A stretch of DNA of 64,000 bases, from assembly GCA_965205485.1 (NCBI GenBank), contig OZ242180.1, positions 3,776,001-3,840,000 on the forward strand, read 5' to 3'. The translations under genes and the position numbers were made by a program. Shown here in pieces: positions 59,486 through 64,000 of this stretch (positions are counted from its first letter, which is position 1; each line of letters opens with the position of its first letter). The notes under the pieces are model-generated. The model had not been told where the DNA came from and did not search any database. It saw only the letters and a list, made by a program, of their open reading frames with translations. This DNA comes from Candidatus Latescibacterota bacterium. Its GTDB lineage: Bacteria > Latescibacterota > UBA2968 > GCA-2709665.

Positions 59486-61300
59486 TCAACGCGGCGCTGT
59501 TTCGGTTTCAGCGCGCCGGCCGGCGAACAGTTCTTTGCGCTGGCGGGTGAGATCTTTGTGTTCGGCCATCAAGGCCATCGGATCTGTCCCTCCTTCCGCC
59601 GCGCGCAACCGCGTCTCAACGGCCGTGATTCGGGCGTCGAGGGCTTTGAGTTGCATTCTGGTAAGATAATCCTGCAGCGGTATCCGCCCTTCCGGGTTGA
59701 GGATGCCGGTTTCCATGGATAGCGCGGATACGATGCCGGCAAGTTCCGCGTCCTCGCAATGATTCAGCAGCGACGCGGCTGACGCCGTCCGACCCTCCTT
59801 TCGCGCCGTCGCGATCATTCCATAGAGACGCCTGTACATGCCGTTGGTAAAGTGACGTGTGTCAATCTGGTCAAGCACCTTGTCTGCCGTCGAATCGTCG
59901 GCCATCATGAGTGTGATGAGCTCCCGTTCCATGCGAGGGCCGGGCTCGAACGACGTCGATCGGGAATCTGCGTCCGTCTCTGCAGGATTGCGCCCGCTTC
60001 GCCGGTAACGCGCGGCGCGCTGCACCGCGTCGATGACAATCGCCTCCTCGATCCCCAGCTTCTGCGCGGCTTCCTGGATCAGAAAGCCCCGCCGGGCGCT
60101 GTCCTTCGCCTGTGCGATGATTTCCGAAACGGTCCTGACGGCGCGTGTCTTGCCGTCCGAAGTGGACAGGTCATCCCGCGACCGGACCCAATCGAAGAGA
60201 AAATCCATCAATGGCGCGGCGGAATCGGTCAGTTCATTAAAGCCGTCGGAACCCCGCTGCCGCACGAAGCTGTCCGGGTCCTCGCCGCCGACCAGCGTGA
60301 CGACTCGAATATCCAGTTCGGACGACATCATCGCCCCGATTCCGCGAACGGCAGCAGCGGTACCTGCCGCATCGCCGTCGAAGACGAGCACGGCCAGGTC
60401 CGCATACCGTTTGAGCAGGCGCGCATGGTCAGTCGTGAGCGCGGTCCCTGAAGACGCGACAACGTTGCGGACGTCGAACTGATCCAGGGCGACCACGTCC
60501 ATATATCCCTCCACCACAACCGCCGACCGGGTTGAACGGATCGGTTCCCGGTTTTTCCAGAGGCCGTAGAGCGTGGCGCTCTTGTTGTAGATGGGGGTCT
60601 CGGGCGAGTTCAGGTATTTGGGCTGCTGCTCAGGATCGAGGGCGCGGGCGCCGAAAGCCACCGTCCTTCCCGTGTGCGATTCGATGGGGAAGATCACACG
60701 GTCGCGAAAGCGGTCGTAGTATCCGCCGTTCTCACGGGCCACAGCCAGCCCCGCCCGTTCGAGCATCTGCGCGCTGTAGCCGCGTCGGCCCGCCACGCTC
60801 AGCAGTCCGTCCCACGCCTTTGTGGCGTAACCCAGCGAAAAGGCTTCCATCACGGACTCGGACACGCCGCGGCCCAAAAGGTATTCGCGGGCGCTCTCGC
60901 CGGACGGGTGGCGCATCAGCATGTGGCGAAAGTATTTCTTGGCGAATTCGACCGTTCTGTAAAGCTCGTCATTCGTGTCCTTTTCCGCGGGACTTCCGGA
61001 TTCGGACTCGGGCAGGACGATTCCGACCTGATTCGCGAGCTTGCGCACGGATTCAACGAAACTGATGCGTTCGAGATCCATCAGGAATCTGAAGGCATTG
61101 CCGCCTGCGCCGCAGGAGAAACACTTGTAGATCTGTTTCTCCTGTGAGACATTCAGGGAGGGCGTCCGGTCGTCGTGAAACGGGCAGAGGCCCAAAAAGC
61201 TTTTGCCGCGCTTGCTGAGCGCGACAAATTCCGATATGACGTCGACGATGTCCACCGAGTCGCGGACCTGTTCGACGGTATCTTCAGGAATGCGGGCCAT
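59486..61300 (-). CDS. dnaG: DNA primase
   Basis: CPFH.D.TPS..CF.CG zinc finger, DRFR.R..FPI, KYLNSPET, VVEGYMDV, FDGD.AG, DPD. Confidence 0.97.
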   Translation of the reverse strand: MARIPEDTVEQVRDSVDIVDVISEFVALSKRGKSFLGLCPFHDDRTPSLNVSQEKQIYKCFSCGAGGNAFRFLMDLERISFVESVRKLANQVGIVLPESESGSPAEKDTNDELYRTVEFAKKYFRHMLMRHPSGESAREYLLGRGVSESVMEAFSLGYATKAWDGLLSVAGRRGYSAQMLERAGLAVARENGGYYDRFRDRVIFPIESHTGRTVAFGARALDPEQQPKYLNSPETPIYNKSATLYGLWKNREPIRSTRSAVVVEGYMDVVALDQFDVRNVVASSGTALTTDHARLLKRYADLAVLVFDGDAAGTAAAVRGIGAMMSSELDIRVVTLVGGEDPDSFVRQRGSDGFNELTDSAAPLMDFLFDWVRSRDDLSTSDGKTRAVRTVSEIIAQAKDSARRGFLIQEAAQKLGIEEAIVIDAVQRAARYRRSGRNPAETDADSRSTSFEPGPRMERELITLMMADDSTADKVLDQIDTRHFTNGMYRRLYGMIATARKEGRTASAASLLNHCEDAELAGIVSALSMETGILNPEGRIPLQDYLTRMQLKALDARITAVETRLRAAEGGTDPMALMAEHKDLTRQRKELFAGRRAETETAPR

Positions 61301-61416
61301 AGCGGATTCCCGATCGGGTTGGAACGAAGACAGCGTTGCGGAAGGTAAGCGTGTTGTAGACTTCGCGAACCTGGTGTGGGGGAAGTGCGGATCTTCAGCG
61401 CGGGCGCATCCGGCGT

Positions 61417-63357
61417 TCAGGCATCCACCCACCGGTTGTCTTCCCTGATCAGCTCGACCAGTTCGTCCACGGCGACGGAGGTGGGGATGTTTCGCTTGAC
61501 GATGTCCTTGCCGCGGTATAGCGTGATCCGGCCGGGGCCGCTGCCGACGTACCCGTAGTCCGCGTCGGCCATTTCGCCCGGACCGTTCACGATGCATCCC
61601 ATAATGCCGATCTTGACGCCTTTCAGGTGGTCGGTGCGTCCGCGGATCAGGGCGGTGGTCTCCTGAAGGTCGAACAGGGTGCGGCCGCAGGAGGGGCAGG
61701 AGATATACTCGGTTTTCGAGATGCGGGTGCGGGTCGCCTGCAGGATACCGAATCCGAGGCGGTTAAGATCCCCGGGTCCGACGTCCGGCGATTCCAGCCA
61801 TATGCCGTCGCCGAGGCCGTCTGTCAGCAACCCGCCGGTGTCAATCGCGGCGTGAAGGATGAGCGCGTCGTCGTCGATGCCGCCGTATTCGCGTTTGAGC
61901 ACGACGGGAATACGGATGTCGCGCTCGACGAACTCAGCCAGAACGCGGCGCAGATCCGGCATCGCGTGGATATTGTCCGTACGCAGGACAAGCACGCAGT
62001 TGGCCGCCGCCCGCAGCATATCCAGGGCGTCCGTGTCGACGTCATCGGGTTCGGCGAGCACGAAATTCAGGCGTTCTGACCGATATGGAACCTCCCGAAA
62101 GGTGGCCAGATCGAACAGGGGATAGGCGTTCGGCGCCCCGCGCCGGTCATGCCATGCATCGTGGTCCAGGATCTTGCCGAGTGTGCCCGGGAGGCCGAAG
62201 TCGATATCCCGGTTGCCCAGATAGATGAAGTCGGGCGCCATGTCCGCGATATTCCATTTGTCCAGCGTCGCGTCATATTGATAGCCGATGGAGGACAGGC
62301 AGGCCGGTGATTGCAATTCGTCAGGGGAAAGGATTACAACCGGCACACTGTCGCCGCCCACCCGGTCCACGGGTTGGGTTTGACGCCGGGTATAGGCGTA
62401 TGGGTCGATCGGATTTCTGACGATGGCGGGAATCGGTGGATGCCCCGGTCTGGCCTCGTACCGTTCGACGAGACGGATACACACGGGAATCTCGGCTTCG
62501 GGCTCCTCCGTCAGGGAGACGCGAATGGTGTCGCCCAGACCGTCTTCCAGGAGCGCTCCAATGCCCACGGCGGACTTGACGCGGCCGTCTTCGCCGTCGC
62601 CGGCCTCGGTAACGCCCAGGTGAAGGGGATAGTTGAAACCCTCGGCTTCCATGCGATTGACCAGCAGCCGGTAGGCCTGTATCATCACCTGGGGATTGCT
62701 GGCTTTCATGGACAGGACGATGTCGTGGTAGTCCAGGTCGGCGCAGATTCGCGTGAATTCAAGTGCCGATTCGACCATACCCAACGGCGTGTCGCCGAAC
62801 CGGCTCATGATGCGGTCCGAGAGGGAGCCGTGGTTGGCGCCGATACGCATCGCGGTGCCGTATGTTTTACAGATGTTGACCAGCGGCGTGAATTTTTCCC
62901 GGATGCGTTCGATCTCTGCGGCGTATTGCGCGTCCGTATACTCGACGATCTGGAATTTCTTTTTGTCCGCGTAGTTGCCGGGGTTGACCCTCACCTTTTC
63001 CACGATCCGCGCGGCGATTTCCGCCGCATTGGGCGTGAAGTGAATGTCGGCGATCAACGGGGCGATGTACCCCCTGGCCCGGAGTTCGTTCCGTATGGCC
63101 TCGAGGTTGCGCGCCTCGTTCTGGCTGGGCGCGGTGATGCGTACGTAGTCCGCCCCTGCCTCGATGATCCTGATGGACTGTTCAACCGTGGCGAGCGTGT
63201 CCATGGTGTCCGTCGTCGTCATGGACTGAACCCGTATGGGATTGTCCCCGCCAAGCGGAATATGGCCTATGGACACTTCCCTCGTCCGGTACCGGCTGTA
63301 TTCGATGAGACTGTTGCAGTACTTCCCGGGGTCGGTCTGCAGGTTGGTAATCAGCAT
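61417..63357 (-). CDS. ispG: HMBPP synthase IspG, long three-domain form
   Basis: VQSMT, ADIHF, R.NPGN, RIG.NHGSL, LHLGVTEAG, CPSCGRT, MGCIVNGPGE; large central insert. Confidence 0.96.
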   Translation of the reverse strand: MLITNLQTDPGKYCNSLIEYSRYRTREVSIGHIPLGGDNPIRVQSMTTTDTMDTLATVEQSIRIIEAGADYVRITAPSQNEARNLEAIRNELRARGYIAPLIADIHFTPNAAEIAARIVEKVRVNPGNYADKKKFQIVEYTDAQYAAEIERIREKFTPLVNICKTYGTAMRIGANHGSLSDRIMSRFGDTPLGMVESALEFTRICADLDYHDIVLSMKASNPQVMIQAYRLLVNRMEAEGFNYPLHLGVTEAGDGEDGRVKSAVGIGALLEDGLGDTIRVSLTEEPEAEIPVCIRLVERYEARPGHPPIPAIVRNPIDPYAYTRRQTQPVDRVGGDSVPVVILSPDELQSPACLSSIGYQYDATLDKWNIADMAPDFIYLGNRDIDFGLPGTLGKILDHDAWHDRRGAPNAYPLFDLATFREVPYRSERLNFVLAEPDDVDTDALDMLRAAANCVLVLRTDNIHAMPDLRRVLAEFVERDIRIPVVLKREYGGIDDDALILHAAIDTGGLLTDGLGDGIWLESPDVGPGDLNRLGFGILQATRTRISKTEYISCPSCGRTLFDLQETTALIRGRTDHLKGVKIGIMGCIVNGPGEMADADYGYVGSGPGRITLYRGKDIVKRNIPTSVAVDELVELIREDNRWVDA

Positions 63358-63374
63358 CGGCAGGTTCACGTAAA

Positions 63375-63563
63375 GAAGTTGTTTTAAAATTACCGGTGAG
63401 TTCCCGAGCGCGAGCGAAAAAGTGGCGGTCAAGGAGGGAAAATCCGCCCATATATTAATGTATCGTGGCTGCACGCCCCTCGCCACTCTTGGGTGGATTT
63501 GACCGACGCCGACCGGCGCTTTTGCAGCCGTGCGAAGACCGCTGGGAATTTTAAGACAGCTTC
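63375..63563. mobile_element. 189-bp MITE-like element, copy 2
   Basis: Same TIRs and body as 41493-41680 with scattered substitutions; flanks AAA/CAA. Confidence 0.85.
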
Positions 63564-63601
63564 CAAGGGCGGAATTCGGGGCTTGTATCCTTCACGGTAC
63601 T

Positions 63602-63630
63602 AATATAGACGAAACCCGCGGGGGTGTCAA
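63602..63630 (-). promoter_or_regulatory. sigma70 promoter of ispG-dnaG
   Basis: Minus strand TTGACA-N17-TATATT. Confidence 0.7.
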
Positions 63631-63694
63631 TCGACGGCGGATCGGTACCAGAAGACTGCGGGGGTGAATTGGTGATTGGCGGCAACGCGCGCTT

Positions 63695-64000
63695 TCAGGA
63701 ATTCACCTCCAGTGCGATCACCGTGACGCCTGCGCCGCCTTCGTTATGCAGTCCCAGGCGCTGGGACTTGATGAGCTCGTGTTCGCGTAGATGGGCGCCG
63801 ATTGCCCGGCGAAGGGCGCCTGTGCCCTTGCCATGGATCACCGCCGCGCGCTCCATGCCGGCCAGGTAGAGATCATCGATGTATTTGTCGACGGTTTCCA
63901 CCGCCTCGTCCACGGTCATTCCTCTCAGGTCCACTTCGCCGGAAACGGCGTCGCGCCTGACCTGCGCGAAACGGGCGGCATCCGAGGCGGCCTCTATGGT
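63695..64000 (-). CDS. mutS2: MutS2 C-terminal Smr domain (gene starts beyond the window)
   Basis: DLRGM...EA......ID, IHGKGTG.LR, EGG.GVT. Confidence 0.85.
   Translation of the reverse strand, partial: TIEAASDAARFAQVRRDAVSGEVDLRGMTVDEAVETVDKYIDDLYLAGMERAAVIHGKGTGALRRAIGAHLREHELIKSQRLGLHNEGGAGVTVIALEVNS

Overview
GC-rich bacterial chromosomal window with about 55 CDS and one tRNA. The gene repertoire (M28-FtsX giant permease with DUF6785-like membrane protein, ECF sigma with a C-terminal extension, ankyrin/serpin/TPR lipoproteins, sugar-acid enzymes) resembles Latescibacterota/Poribacteria-type, possibly host-associated bacteria; this is inference only. Housekeeping blocks: gatA-gatB-tatA-pssA-htrA-truA, comEC, a long ilvN-leuA-leuC-leuD-leuB-cimA-aminotransferase-argJ-aspC-accA operon, a GldAFG-like ABC exporter, and mutS2-ispG-dnaG-tRNA-Ile2. 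Most notable: (1) an ECF sigma factor fused in frame to a beta-sliding-clamp (DnaN)-like domain; (2) an unannotated Ile/Leu/Val-rich leader peptide with a four-segment alternative-pairing switch that could sequester the ilvN ribosome-binding site; (3) a 1512-aa degenerate-M28/FtsX permease fusion paired with a DUF6785-like transporter and no ATPase; (4) a 188-bp TIR element present twice, both times between a sigma70 promoter and its gene, plus related small elements; (5) a eukaryote-type pyrimidine 5'-nucleotidase, a serpin, a SpeD-SpeE fusion and a solo Cas4-like nuclease with a UvrD remnant next to the tRNA. All family calls come from motif recognition by eye; no searches were run.
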